Below are positions 1-9,184 of a stretch of 64,000 nt of DNA, one piece after another (position 1 is the stretch's first letter; the number at the start of each line of letters is the position of its first letter). The position numbers and the translations under genes were made by a program. The notes beneath the pieces were generated by a model. The model had not been told where the DNA came from and did no database searches. It saw only the letters and a program-made list of their open reading frames with translations. The stretch comes from a virus: positions 1 to 64,000 of the IMG/VR virus record IMGVR_UViG_3300017991_000077; one strand, given 5' to 3'.

Positions 1-42
1 AACCGGACTCGAAAATAATCGGCTTAAAAATGGTTAACAGTG

Positions 43-195
43 ATGCCAATTAAAATGGGTAATTACAAACATGGTGAGAGTAAAGTTGAATGCAGATTTT
101 GGGAAGACAAAGATGGTCCCCTGGAAATAGAACCGTGGTCAGGAAATCGGCCTAGAAAAAAATATGAAGAAACTGCATACCCCGTAATGTACTAG
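43..195 (+). CDS. small hypothetical protein (50 aa, MPIKMGNYKH...)
   Basis: ATG 43 to TAG 195 read manually; below the ORF-track cutoff; no recognisable motif. Confidence 0.4.
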   Translation: MPIKMGNYKHGESKVECRFWEDKDGPLEIEPWSGNRPRKKYEETAYPVMY

Positions 196-442
196 GACAT
201 TGACAAGTCTACTTTGAAGAAACCAAAACACCCCTCAAAAAGAAGAAAAAGCGCCCCTCAAAATAAAGAGAAAACGCCCTAACTAGTTAAAAGAAAAGCG
301 CAATTCTAAAGAAGAATTAAAAAGAACTTATATAAAGACTAAGAAGAAGAAGATAGAGCTCCCTCTAGATACTCATCCCATAGTGCCTCCCCAATTCCCA
401 AGATCCTCGTAGTCTTCACTTCGGTTTAAAACGAGAATGGCC

Positions 443-627
443 AGATCGCTGGGACCCCTGGTATCATTGGCTTATATGCAGATTGAGGCAATCCCCGGTA
501 TTACTGCATAGTCTTAAGATCGCTGGAGTCCCTGGTACTATTGGCTTATATGAAGATCGCTGAGACCCTTGATAGCACTGCATAGTATGACGATTGCTGA
601 GACCCGCACGGTGTCTACGTTTCCGCG
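443..627. repeat. tandem array of five imperfect 37-bp units (AGATCGCTGgracCCcTGGTA...)
   Basis: Units start at 443, 480, 517, 554, 591; 3' halves alternate between TTGGCTTATATG and CTGCATAGT types; fifth unit degenerate. Confidence 0.85.
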
Positions 628-1018
628 TTTCTATCAGCAGTAATACGAGAGCCCGAAGAAAGAAGCTGAGGTCTATTTTGAATACCGGACGCAGTATATA
701 CCCTCATAGAGGGCATAGTATCGACCCCTTTTAGCGATTCAGCGATTCGGTAAAACGTGCTCAGATTGAACAATAGTTCGGCCCCTGAGACCGAACGTTA
801 TTAGGTTGATCCCCATACGAAAACACCAACTTGGCCGAATATAATTCAGTTTGAGGGGTATCAGACTCCATACTATATATAACTACCCACTACCTGGAGC
901 CCTACGATTAGTCTCCAAGGCAATTATTCAAAGATATTTAACAGTGATTCGTAAGACTCAATCATAGCCTACTCGGTATTAAGATGAAGGAAACATACTC
1001 ATAGAGGGAATAGTATGA

Positions 1019-1092
1019 AGATCGCTAGGACCCCTGGTACTATTGGACAATATGAAGATCGCTGGAGCCCCCGGTATTACTGCACGGTCTCA
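1019..1092. repeat. two further copies of the 37-bp unit
   Basis: AGATCGCTAGGACCCCTGGTACTATTGGACAATATGA (1019-1055) and AGATCGCTGGAGCCCCCGGTATTACTGCACGGTCTCA (1056-1092). Confidence 0.85.
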
Positions 1093-1402
1093 TGCACGAG
1101 ACAAAATAAAAGTCAAGCACAATTAGGTCCGAAAATCAGTTTTAGATTCTAGCACGAGTTTTCGACCCTTAAAGGGCCGGTCACGGTGTGGTGCCCCACC
1201 TACTTCTCACACTAGGAAGAAGATACGAAATGTAGCCTTTCGAGAAGCACAGCCGATAGCAGAAATCGAGGAATCCTTCTACCGAGCCTCATGAATGAGT
1301 GTGAGTATATCTTTAAACAGCTGGGGTATGTGAAGTAGCGGAGCCTGACGAACTAGGTGGACTAGACTGAGCCCTAACGGAGGGGATAGAAAGTAGTATT
1401 CT

Positions 1403-1621
1403 TTAGGGCGCGAGTTTTTCCAGGGATTTGATGATGGAGTGCAGTCTATTTATTTCGACTAATAGGAGGTCGACGAGGCAGTACTGACAATACAGTTGGT
1501 CATCGAGTCTAAAGAATGCGAGTTCTTTACAGCGGGGTGATGAGCAGATGAACGGATGTGTATAGACTCTTTCGACGTTGAAGATTTTGAAGGTAGTGTG
1601 TTTAGTGTGTTTATTTGGCAT
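1403..1621 (-). CDS. small putative zinc-finger protein
   Basis: CSSPRC...CQYC; GGAGG Shine-Dalgarno just upstream on the minus strand (plus-strand CCTCC at 1626-1630); the only convincing minus-strand gene. Confidence 0.7.
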   Translation of the reverse strand: MPNKHTKHTTFKIFNVERVYTHPFICSSPRCKELAFFRLDDQLYCQYCLVDLLLVEINRLHSIIKSLEKLAP

Positions 1622-1997
1622 GAATCCTCCAGTCTTCGGTTACAGATATATATCCTATCATACATCGTAAATTTCGGTTGTTTCGGTTGTTGGCGGGGAA
1701 TTGAAACTTTTAACGGGCTAAAAAATCGAATTCTCAGTATCTGAGGTTGGTGATACCTCGATTTTTTGCAAAAGGACTAGTTAACTCCTTCTAAAATCCG
1801 TGATTTTATTTGAATTTTGAGCTGCATTTTATGGGATTGCTTATTTTGATCCAAAAGGTAGCGAAAAGGCGGATTTTCGGCAGATTTTCGGCAAAAATTG
1901 ACCCAAATTTCGTGCTAAACTACTCCGACATGTGAGATTTTTTACCTACGATTTCGCATGGTTACCCACTGAATCAAGTATTTGTTCAGTTTCGCTA

Positions 1998-2026
1998 TTG
2001 ACAAAACTGGCCTATACCCTTAAATT
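1998..2026 (+). promoter_or_regulatory. sigma70-type early promoter P1
   Basis: TTGACA-N17-TAAATT; shares TTGACAAAAC...ACCCTTA with P2 and P3. Confidence 0.8.
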
Positions 2027-2067
2027 TTACTCATGGCAGGCAATTGCCCAACAACAAGGAGTCGAAA

Positions 2068-2667
2068 ATGACCAAAACAAGCAAAAAATCAAAAAAACAA
2101 CAAACCAAAAAACAACAAACCAAAAAAATGACTGCTAAAAAAACGAAAAACGTCAAAACGACTGCTAAAACCGACACCAAAAAAACGACTGCTAAAAAAA
2201 CGAATAACGCCCCTTTCGTCGTTTATTCGTGCAAGCTTCCAGACGGCCAAACGTTCCATAAACGATTCCGCGAAAATTACGCACCCGTAAACGTCGTTGT
2301 TATGCGACGTCTCGACAAAAAGAATGTCTGGGCTACCCTGCGGTGGACGTCTTCCGAAAAATCTGCTCAACGCGAATTAAACGCTGTCAACGCGCATTAT
2401 ATTGACAAAAAATCTGAAACGTTTATCGAAAAACGTTATGCCGAGGCGAAAATCCTTCCTGTGAAATTCGTTCGAAAAATGAAATCTGACGAATCAAAAC
2501 TTGATTCTGAATTGACCGAAGATCGTACATGGGCTCGCGAAATCCGCAAACTTCGCAAAATCGCGAAGGCCGCATCTGTGTCCACGTCCATGATGTTTCC
2601 CTTCTTCCATCTTTTGGGCGAATTGACTGTCAACGAAATCCTTCCCTTCCTTCCTAACCTCTCCTAA
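2068..2667 (+). CDS. early protein with Lys/Thr-rich basic N-terminal repeats (TAKKT)
   Basis: AAGGAG RBS upstream of ATG 2068; directly downstream of P1; low-complexity basic N-terminus. Confidence 0.7.
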   Translation: MTKTSKKSKKQQTKKQQTKKMTAKKTKNVKTTAKTDTKKTTAKKTNNAPFVVYSCKLPDGQTFHKRFRENYAPVNVVVMRRLDKKNVWATLRWTSSEKSAQRELNAVNAHYIDKKSETFIEKRYAEAKILPVKFVRKMKSDESKLDSELTEDRTWAREIRKLRKIAKAASVSTSMMFPFFHLLGELTVNEILPFLPNLS

Positions 2668-2798
2668 CCTCTAACCCTTCCTAACCTCTAATCCTTCCCT
2701 TCTCTAACCTTCTCTAACCTTCTCTAACCTTCTCTAACCCATACGTGTCTATACCCTGTCTATACCCTGTCTATACCCTGTCTATACCCTGTCTATAC
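2653..2798. repeat. pyrimidine-rich simple repeats: CTAACCT variants, (TCTCTAACCT)x4 and (GTCTATACCCT)x4
   Basis: 10-mer at 2701-2740 and 11-mer at 2747-2790 read directly. Confidence 0.9.
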
Positions 2799-3090
2799 TC
2801 TATATACGATACACTATCCAATACATTAGACGCGCGAAGACTCATAGGCGGCAAGGCATTGTCCGCAAATGCTGACCCTACTCCATGTATGCACTGACCC
2901 AAAGCAATCCAACAGGTGCCCCAGGGCGTCCAGTCAGCCCTAGTTCCGCGTTGTATTCTTGCCTGATTAATTCCTACCCTGCCAAAATCCCGAGTCGTAC
3001 TCTGTTTTTTCGATTCCATAACGTCTTTTCAATGGCGAAAATAATTCCCCAATAATTTCGACCAGTTGAAAAGTATTTCCCAGCAAGGTA

Positions 3091-3119
3091 TTGACAAAAC
3101 CCATTTGCACCCTTAAATT
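3091..3119 (+). promoter_or_regulatory. sigma70-type early promoter P2
   Basis: TTGACA-N17-TAAATT (TTGACAAAACCCATTTGCACCCTTAAATT). Confidence 0.8.
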
Positions 3120-3166
3120 TTGCCTATGGCGGAAAATCCGCACAACAACTACCCAGGAGGTACTCT

Positions 3167-3376
3167 ATGAAAAGAAACAATACACAAAATCGAATAAATC
3201 TATGTATTGCATGTGAATATTCTTTATGTGTACCTAATACAATACGAGGTACTATTTTCATATGCCAATCTGAATTAGAAAATGAGAATCTAGACATTAA
3301 AAGGTTGCTCGTAATACGTCTCGATGATGAAGAGTGTGACGATTTCAAAGAAAAAACTTTGGAATATCAATTTTAG
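3167..3376 (+). CDS. small Cys-containing hypothetical early protein
   Basis: AGGAGG RBS; CxxC...C...CDDF pattern. Confidence 0.65.
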   Translation: MKRNNTQNRINLCIACEYSLCVPNTIRGTIFICQSELENENLDIKRLLVIRLDDEECDDFKEKTLEYQF

Positions 3377-3414
3377 AAAGAGAGGCTTTCTAAAAAGAAA
3401 TATGGAGGTGAAGT

Positions 3415-3777
3415 ATGTTTATACATAGGGCAAAGGAACTTGCGGTCATTCTGACTTTTCTTCTTTTTTGTATCTATCAGTTTACAAAAGAGGATAATGA
3501 ATCTGTAGTTGAATATAGCCCTTCGATTAGACTTATTCCTTCGTCAAAAACGATACCCACCACAAAAGAAAAACTTCAAGAAGAATTGAAAACGTTCGAA
3601 GGAAAATCGATATTCGAGGCCACTACAGCAGAATTCAAAATACGATATGGACCTCCAAGTCAGATAACCCATCGAGGCGAATGGAGTTATTATTACTATC
3701 CAAAAGCACATACAACCTTACAAATTAATCTAGCTGAAAAAAGAATTTATAACGTGTATGCATTCAAGGTTCCATAA
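3415..3777 (+). CDS. membrane-anchored hypothetical protein, C-terminal SmpA/BamE-like signature
   Basis: GGAGG RBS; N-terminal hydrophobic helix; YGPPSQ...WSYYYYP pattern. Confidence 0.55.
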   Translation: MFIHRAKELAVILTFLLFCIYQFTKEDNESVVEYSPSIRLIPSSKTIPTTKEKLQEELKTFEGKSIFEATTAEFKIRYGPPSQITHRGEWSYYYYPKAHTTLQINLAEKRIYNVYAFKVP

Positions 3778-3792
3778 AAAGGGAGGAAAACA

Positions 3793-3999
3793 ATGGTGGA
3801 TATTTCAAAAATAGTGGACATCCCAAAACTAGCAAACGCAATCATGGACCGTGATTCTGACCACATTCGAGAAGTTATTTCGAGTGTTTCGGAGGATCAG
3901 ATAACCGAATTATTGGATGTAATTCAAGAAGAAGTTGCTCGTCGAGTAAAAGTTCGATGGTTAAAAAACGTAGTCAATGTAGATTTAGGAATCAAGTAG
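3793..3999 (+). CDS. hypothetical protein
   Basis: GGAGG RBS; tight packing after the previous gene. Confidence 0.65.
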   Translation: MVDISKIVDIPKLANAIMDRDSDHIREVISSVSEDQITELLDVIQEEVARRVKVRWLKNVVNVDLGIK

Positions 4000-4031
4000 A
4001 TAAGTTATTTTCGTTTATTTGTCACAGGGCA

Positions 4032-4060
4032 TTGACAAAACTAGTATGAACCCTTATATT
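4032..4060 (+). promoter_or_regulatory. sigma70-type early promoter P3
   Basis: TTGACA-N17-TATATT (TTGACAAAACTAGTATGAACCCTTATATT). Confidence 0.8.
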
Positions 4061-4124
4061 ATATATGGACGATGGACGATGAAACAAAAACAATAGGGTC
4101 AGAAAACAAAGAAGGAGCGAAGCA

Positions 4125-4505
4125 ATGTATACAAAAGAAGACGCGATGTTTGATGCAGAACAGATGGGAGTAGATTTGTATCCCGGACTTTGCAGGTATT
4201 GTGGCAAGCCAAAGATTAAGTGTCGTGCTCATTGTACGTGCGAAGAATGTTCAGAGTGTGGGGATTTCAAAGGCGTAGGTGGTTCTTGTGATTGTGAGGA
4301 AACGAAATCAGTAGAAGAAAAACAGCTAGAGCTAAAAGAAATGCGGGATGAATTGTACGCAGAGTTAGATACTTTAGCAGACCAGGATCTTGACGACACC
4401 AGCATACAAGAATATATCGAACGAGAAATCGAGAGTCTTCAGTTTGAAATTGACGAAATGGATACTCAGTTAGCCCGCCCCGAAAAAGTAGGACCAAAAG
4501 TCTAG
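4125..4505 (+). CDS. Cys-rich (metal-binding) plus acidic coiled-coil early protein
   Basis: CRYC...CRAHCTCEECSEC...CDC followed by an Asp/Glu-rich helix; AAGGAG RBS. Confidence 0.7.
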   Translation: MYTKEDAMFDAEQMGVDLYPGLCRYCGKPKIKCRAHCTCEECSECGDFKGVGGSCDCEETKSVEEKQLELKEMRDELYAELDTLADQDLDDTSIQEYIEREIESLQFEIDEMDTQLARPEKVGPKV

Positions 4506-4571
4506 AATCCCCAGACCGTCAAAAGTTTTCCAAATAGTTGAGTCATGTTATGCTCCTTTTAGGAGTTAGAT

Positions 4572-6341
4572 ATGGATAAGATACACGAGAACACTCAGCA
4601 GGCTGAAGAAGTAGCAATCGACGCATCGTCAGGTATTCCCAAAAGAAGACTTACGGATTTAGAAATTTCTAGATTAGCCGATGCAGTGATTCAGTTTTCT
4701 CAGTCTATGTGCGGTATTGAGTTATACCCTTACGAGGAAGAATTTGGGTGGCGGATTGCCTATTCAGTTCTTCGAGAAGATGCCGATGAGATAACGGCGT
4801 TGTTTTCTAGGCAATCTGGAAAGACTGAAACAGTCGCAGTCGTAGTATGTGGTATGGCAGTAATGCTTCCGAGTCTTGCAAAGCATCTAGAACATGATGA
4901 GCGTTTGGCAAAATTCAAAAATGGATTGTGGTGTGGTATCTACGCGCCAGGATACGACCAGGCGGGAATCATGTGGGCTCGCATGAAAACCCGAATGTAT
5001 TCTAAAAAGGCCATTTCTACCTTGCTAGATCCAGACATCAATATGGACCTCTCAGGTGCAACTGAAAATCTAGTTCTTCCAAACGGGTCCTTTGTTGATT
5101 GCGGTACTGCGGCACCGCAGGCAAAAATTGAAGGTAAAACGTATCACCTAATTTTGTTAGAAGAATCGCAGGATATTGTTAGTTCTATGATGCGGTCTGC
5201 TATCCATCCGATGGCGGCGGCAACGGCCGGCACGCTAGTAAAAATTGGGACGTGCAATCGTCTTCGGTCTGATTTCTACGATGCATGTCGGAGAAATAAG
5301 CGATCGGATGTGAATAATGGAAGAGTGCGGTCTAAGTATCGGTTGCACTATGAATATGATTATACGGTCGCTCAAAAATACAACAAAAAGTATCGCAAGT
5401 ATGTCGAAAAAGAGAAGATGCGGCTTGGAGAAGGTTCTGACGACTTTAGAATGAAGTATCGATTGCACTGGATGTTGGAACGAGGGATGTTCATCAATCC
5501 AGATTTGTTTGATGAGTGTGGCATTAAAGGTGAAAAACAAAGTCTATATATTTCAGTTGGAAGAGGTAGAAGAAAACGAAAAATCGAGTTTAAACGGCCA
5601 CCGAACGTAGTAACCTTTGATTCTACTACTCCGAATATGGTTGCAGCCATTGACGTCGGACGAGAGGCATCTACAGTAATCACTGTTGGCAAAGTCTTTT
5701 GGGATTCTCCTATTCAACACGGTGATTCTGACCGATACCCGATCCACGTCATGAACTGGTTAGAACTCTATGGAGATGACCATGAGGCGCAGCATCCCCA
5801 GATTTTAGATTTTCTTAAAAACTATCAGCTCTCGGATGTTATTGTGGATGCTACTGGTAAGGGTGACCCAGTATATTCACGACTGGCGGCAGACTTGGAC
5901 AAAGTGAATATTCAAGTAACTCCTTTTGTATTTACCGCCCAGTCAAAAGACATCGGCTATAAAGTATTTAGTCAAGAAATATCTACCAGGCGGTTTACCT
6001 TTCCAGCCGGATCTAGGGCGTCCCGTCTTCAGAAATGGCAAAAGTTTTGTGGTCAAATGTACGACCTACAAAAGGATTGGCGTGGACAGAGGATGGTCGT
6101 GAGTAAGCCAAAAGACTCTGTAGAAGCTTCGGACGACTTTTGCGATTCAGCTATGATGCTTTGTTGGGCTGTAAATGTCAGAGGAACTATGGAGATTGAA
6201 GAAGGCCCGAATCCGTTCCTCGGACGAGAATCTCGGTGGGTTGCGGCGGAAATGTTCAAAAACGCAGGAGCGTGGTATCGTAAAAAGATGGACCCAAGAT
6301 TTAAACAAACCCGCAAAGGCCACAGAGGTAGGTGGGATTGA
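4572..6341 (+). CDS. terL: terminase large subunit
   Basis: Walker A SRQSGKT, Walker B LILLEES, GT coupling motif, RNase H-like nuclease residues AAIDVG / VDATGKG / DDFCDS; upstream of portal. Confidence 0.93.
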   Translation: MDKIHENTQQAEEVAIDASSGIPKRRLTDLEISRLADAVIQFSQSMCGIELYPYEEEFGWRIAYSVLREDADEITALFSRQSGKTETVAVVVCGMAVMLPSLAKHLEHDERLAKFKNGLWCGIYAPGYDQAGIMWARMKTRMYSKKAISTLLDPDINMDLSGATENLVLPNGSFVDCGTAAPQAKIEGKTYHLILLEESQDIVSSMMRSAIHPMAAATAGTLVKIGTCNRLRSDFYDACRRNKRSDVNNGRVRSKYRLHYEYDYTVAQKYNKKYRKYVEKEKMRLGEGSDDFRMKYRLHWMLERGMFINPDLFDECGIKGEKQSLYISVGRGRRKRKIEFKRPPNVVTFDSTTPNMVAAIDVGREASTVITVGKVFWDSPIQHGDSDRYPIHVMNWLELYGDDHEAQHPQILDFLKNYQLSDVIVDATGKGDPVYSRLAADLDKVNIQVTPFVFTAQSKDIGYKVFSQEISTRRFTFPAGSRASRLQKWQKFCGQMYDLQKDWRGQRMVVSKPKDSVEASDDFCDSAMMLCWAVNVRGTMEIEEGPNPFLGRESRWVAAEMFKNAGAWYRKKMDPRFKQTRKGHRGRWD

Positions 6342-6352
6342 AGGGATAGATA

Positions 6353-7957
6353 ATGGGCGAGTATGCTACTCCGACAGTGAGTCACGGTATTTCGAACGCT
6401 TTCGAGTTACTTTTCCACGACGACCTAAACCGGAACCACACACGCAGGCTGCAGGCGTATCGAAAATATTGGTTGTTCTATTTAGGGAAACATTGGTCTT
6501 ATGCTCGAGATTCCGGAGAACCTACCGTCACGGTGAATTACACCAGAGCCCTTTTAGACAAACATGTGGATTTTACCTTTAAAAAGGGTTTTAAGGTGGC
6601 GATACCTGATAACCCAGCTACACCACAAAATGAGCAGGAAAAAAGAGAATTCGTTCGACACATGTTGGAATCAACATGGGAGAAAAATCAAAAAGACCTA
6701 TGGATGATGGAGGCAGGGCAACAGGGTGGCGTGACCGGGGACGTGTTCGCACGGGTAGCTTGGGATAAAACAGACCCGTTAGAAGATCCGTATGCTCGAG
6801 TAGATATCCTCCCCAGTCATTTATGTTTTCCAGAACTCGGAGGACCGCACGGAGTAGACCGAAAACGGCTTACTCGAATGCTAATCGTAATTCCGGTTTT
6901 CAAAGAAAAATCAAACGTAGCAGTCTCGGGAGCTTTCTTTTCTAGGCGAACGAAGTCTCAAGAAGCGTTGGAGATGATTGTTCAGTCTGAAGAGTGGACT
7001 CCGAAAATTGTAGACAAAGAAGGAAGAGAAAAGTTTCCCGCTCGAGTTACTTATTACGAAGACAAAGAAGTAATCGAAACAAAGATAAACCCCCTTGGGG
7101 AGATTCCGGTAGTTCATATTCCTAATTATCCTTTATCCGGGGAGTTCTACGGAATATCAGATTTAGTAGACGTGATTGAGCTGAACCGCGAATACAACGA
7201 AAAGGTCACAGACGTTTCAGACATCATTAACTATCACGCATCACCTACGACGGTTGTGTACGGTGCCAAGTTGAAAGATTTAGAAAAAGGTGCCAATCGG
7301 ATGTGGGGTCTACCTGAAGGGGCTCGGTTAGAGAATCTAGTTTTAAGTGGAGATCTTAACGCGTCAAATACTCACATTGATCGACTGAAGAAAACCATGC
7401 TGGAGCTGACAGGAACTCCAGAACAAGCTTTTGGGAAAAGTCAAGGAATCAGTAACACCCCCGGTATCGCTCTTCAGATATCATACCTTCCGATGATCGA
7501 ACGGCGAGACCTCAAAGTATTGACTTATGGATATGGTCTCAGATTAATCAATCGGTTAATGCTAAAGACGACAGAAATCGCGGATTCAGGTTTTGCTGCG
7601 AAGATGAATAAGCTGGAAGGAAACAAGTATCGAAACAAGATCGTATTCCCAGATCCCATGCCTTACGATGAAGCCGCAGAATTAGAGAAAATCCGTATCC
7701 GGCTTGATTTGGCTATCACTACTCGGAAACGAGAACTTGAAAAGTTGGGACATTCGCAGGCAGAAATCGATGCGATTCTAGCGGACGTCAAAAAGGAAAT
7801 GGAAGAAGAAGCCGAGGCAATGTTCCAGATGGAAGGGCCATCTTTAGGTCCAGGACCTGGTAGTGGTAATGCAACATTTCAGCGGGGTGGGCCTCCAGAA
7901 CTTCGAGGCCGGAAAATCGACGCGAAAATCCAGAAAAAGATAACTGAAGGCAAGTAA
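6353..7957 (+). CDS. portal protein (SPP1 gp6-like)
   Basis: NPLGEIPVVHIPN...YGISDL motif; 534 aa; follows terminase. Confidence 0.9.
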   Translation: MGEYATPTVSHGISNAFELLFHDDLNRNHTRRLQAYRKYWLFYLGKHWSYARDSGEPTVTVNYTRALLDKHVDFTFKKGFKVAIPDNPATPQNEQEKREFVRHMLESTWEKNQKDLWMMEAGQQGGVTGDVFARVAWDKTDPLEDPYARVDILPSHLCFPELGGPHGVDRKRLTRMLIVIPVFKEKSNVAVSGAFFSRRTKSQEALEMIVQSEEWTPKIVDKEGREKFPARVTYYEDKEVIETKINPLGEIPVVHIPNYPLSGEFYGISDLVDVIELNREYNEKVTDVSDIINYHASPTTVVYGAKLKDLEKGANRMWGLPEGARLENLVLSGDLNASNTHIDRLKKTMLELTGTPEQAFGKSQGISNTPGIALQISYLPMIERRDLKVLTYGYGLRLINRLMLKTTEIADSGFAAKMNKLEGNKYRNKIVFPDPMPYDEAAELEKIRIRLDLAITTRKRELEKLGHSQAEIDAILADVKKEMEEEAEAMFQMEGPSLGPGPGSGNATFQRGGPPELRGRKIDAKIQKKITEGK

Positions 7958-8838
7958 TGACCGCGGAGAATTTAGCAGAAGCTCGGAGTAAGCTATTTCG
8001 TTCGTGGACTAGAGATTCATACTCATTAAGAAAACCTTTAGTAGAAGCGTACAACGAATCAGTCAAGGATTTAGATGTTCGCATTTCAGCGGACGGAACC
8101 AAAATAAAGCCAAGCAGCCTCAAAGGATTAACAAAAAAGTTAGACCGCACTACTTCTCGTGCATTTCAAAAAATCGAAGTCGAGATTCAGCAAGGAGTGG
8201 AACGGGCCATTCGTAGGACCACTCGGGCACAACTAGAACATCTTCGGTCTATAGGTGCAAAAGAATTGAGTCGCGCGCAAGTACTAGAAATTCAGAAGTC
8301 GGTGATGAAAGAACTTGGAAAGGAGTTTCCCAAGGGTTCAGGTCTTAATTTCAGAGACCGAATTCTTCGAGTAGAAAGACATCACCAGGCCCAAATGCGG
8401 AAAGTACTAAAGAGAACCCATTCTTTAGGGGACGGGGTTTCTAAGATTTCCCGTGAAATGAAGACTGGTTTGACCCACATTAGGCCAGGAAGAACTCCTT
8501 TAGTTGGAGGAAGTGCCACCAAGAATATGCAACGGATAATGGTGGCAGAAGAAACTCGGATGGCACATATCGTAGAACAACGTCTAGCCCAAGCATCCGG
8601 TATTGAGTTAGCATATTGGAGACTCAGTTCAGTCCATCCAAATTATGGTGGAAACGAAATTTGCGACTTTTTAGCTAAAGGGACAGGCGATGATGTAGCA
8701 CAAGTCTTTAGAAGAAATAAGGTCGCAATCAATTCTTTAGTTTCAGATGGTTTATACACTATTAGAAATTGGCCGAGCTATCCCCATCCTTTTTGTAAGT
8801 GTTATATGGAAATGGTCTTGACACCCACCAGAAATTAA
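7957..8838 (+). CDS. minor head morphogenesis protein (SPP1 gp7 / Mu gpF-like)
   Basis: RIMVAEE...W...C...PHPFCKC C-terminal motif; position after portal. Confidence 0.75.
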   Translation: MTAENLAEARSKLFRSWTRDSYSLRKPLVEAYNESVKDLDVRISADGTKIKPSSLKGLTKKLDRTTSRAFQKIEVEIQQGVERAIRRTTRAQLEHLRSIGAKELSRAQVLEIQKSVMKELGKEFPKGSGLNFRDRILRVERHHQAQMRKVLKRTHSLGDGVSKISREMKTGLTHIRPGRTPLVGGSATKNMQRIMVAEETRMAHIVEQRLAQASGIELAYWRLSSVHPNYGGNEICDFLAKGTGDDVAQVFRRNKVAINSLVSDGLYTIRNWPSYPHPFCKCYMEMVLTPTRN

Positions 8839-8938
8839 TTAATTTGAATGCACAGTTGATTTAGTGTATTTTTTAAGGGAGAGTACAATACTTGACGTTA
8901 AATGGCCCTAACAGTACGCTGGTACTAGGAGGTATCAA

Positions 8939-9136
8939 ATGGGAAACAACAGCGCAGGAAAGACAGGTGGAGGAAACGATGGTCAGATCGACAAGGGTCG
9001 AGGTTCCGTCATGAAGTTTTCATTCACGAAATCAGGTCGAAAGACTGGTAAGGTCGGAGGCGGTGGAAGAGATTCTTCTAACAAACTGTCCGAAGACGGA
9101 AACAAAAGGGTAGTCAAGGATTCCAGGCTTACCTAA
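8939..9136 (+). CDS. small basic Gly-rich protein
   Basis: AGGAGG RBS; lies in the head operon. Confidence 0.6.
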   Translation: MGNNSAGKTGGGNDGQIDKGRGSVMKFSFTKSGRKTGKVGGGGRDSSNKLSEDGNKRVVKDSRLT

Positions 9137-9184
9137 CAAATCATTCAGTAATAAGGCATAGATACAAGAGAATAGGAGTGGGTA

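Noticed and set aside
200-230. TTGACA as a promoter
   Set aside because: No -10 hexamer at 16-18 bp spacing
443-1092. 37-bp repeats as a CRISPR mini-array
   Set aside because: Units are contiguous and degenerate with no unique spacers; no cas genes in the window
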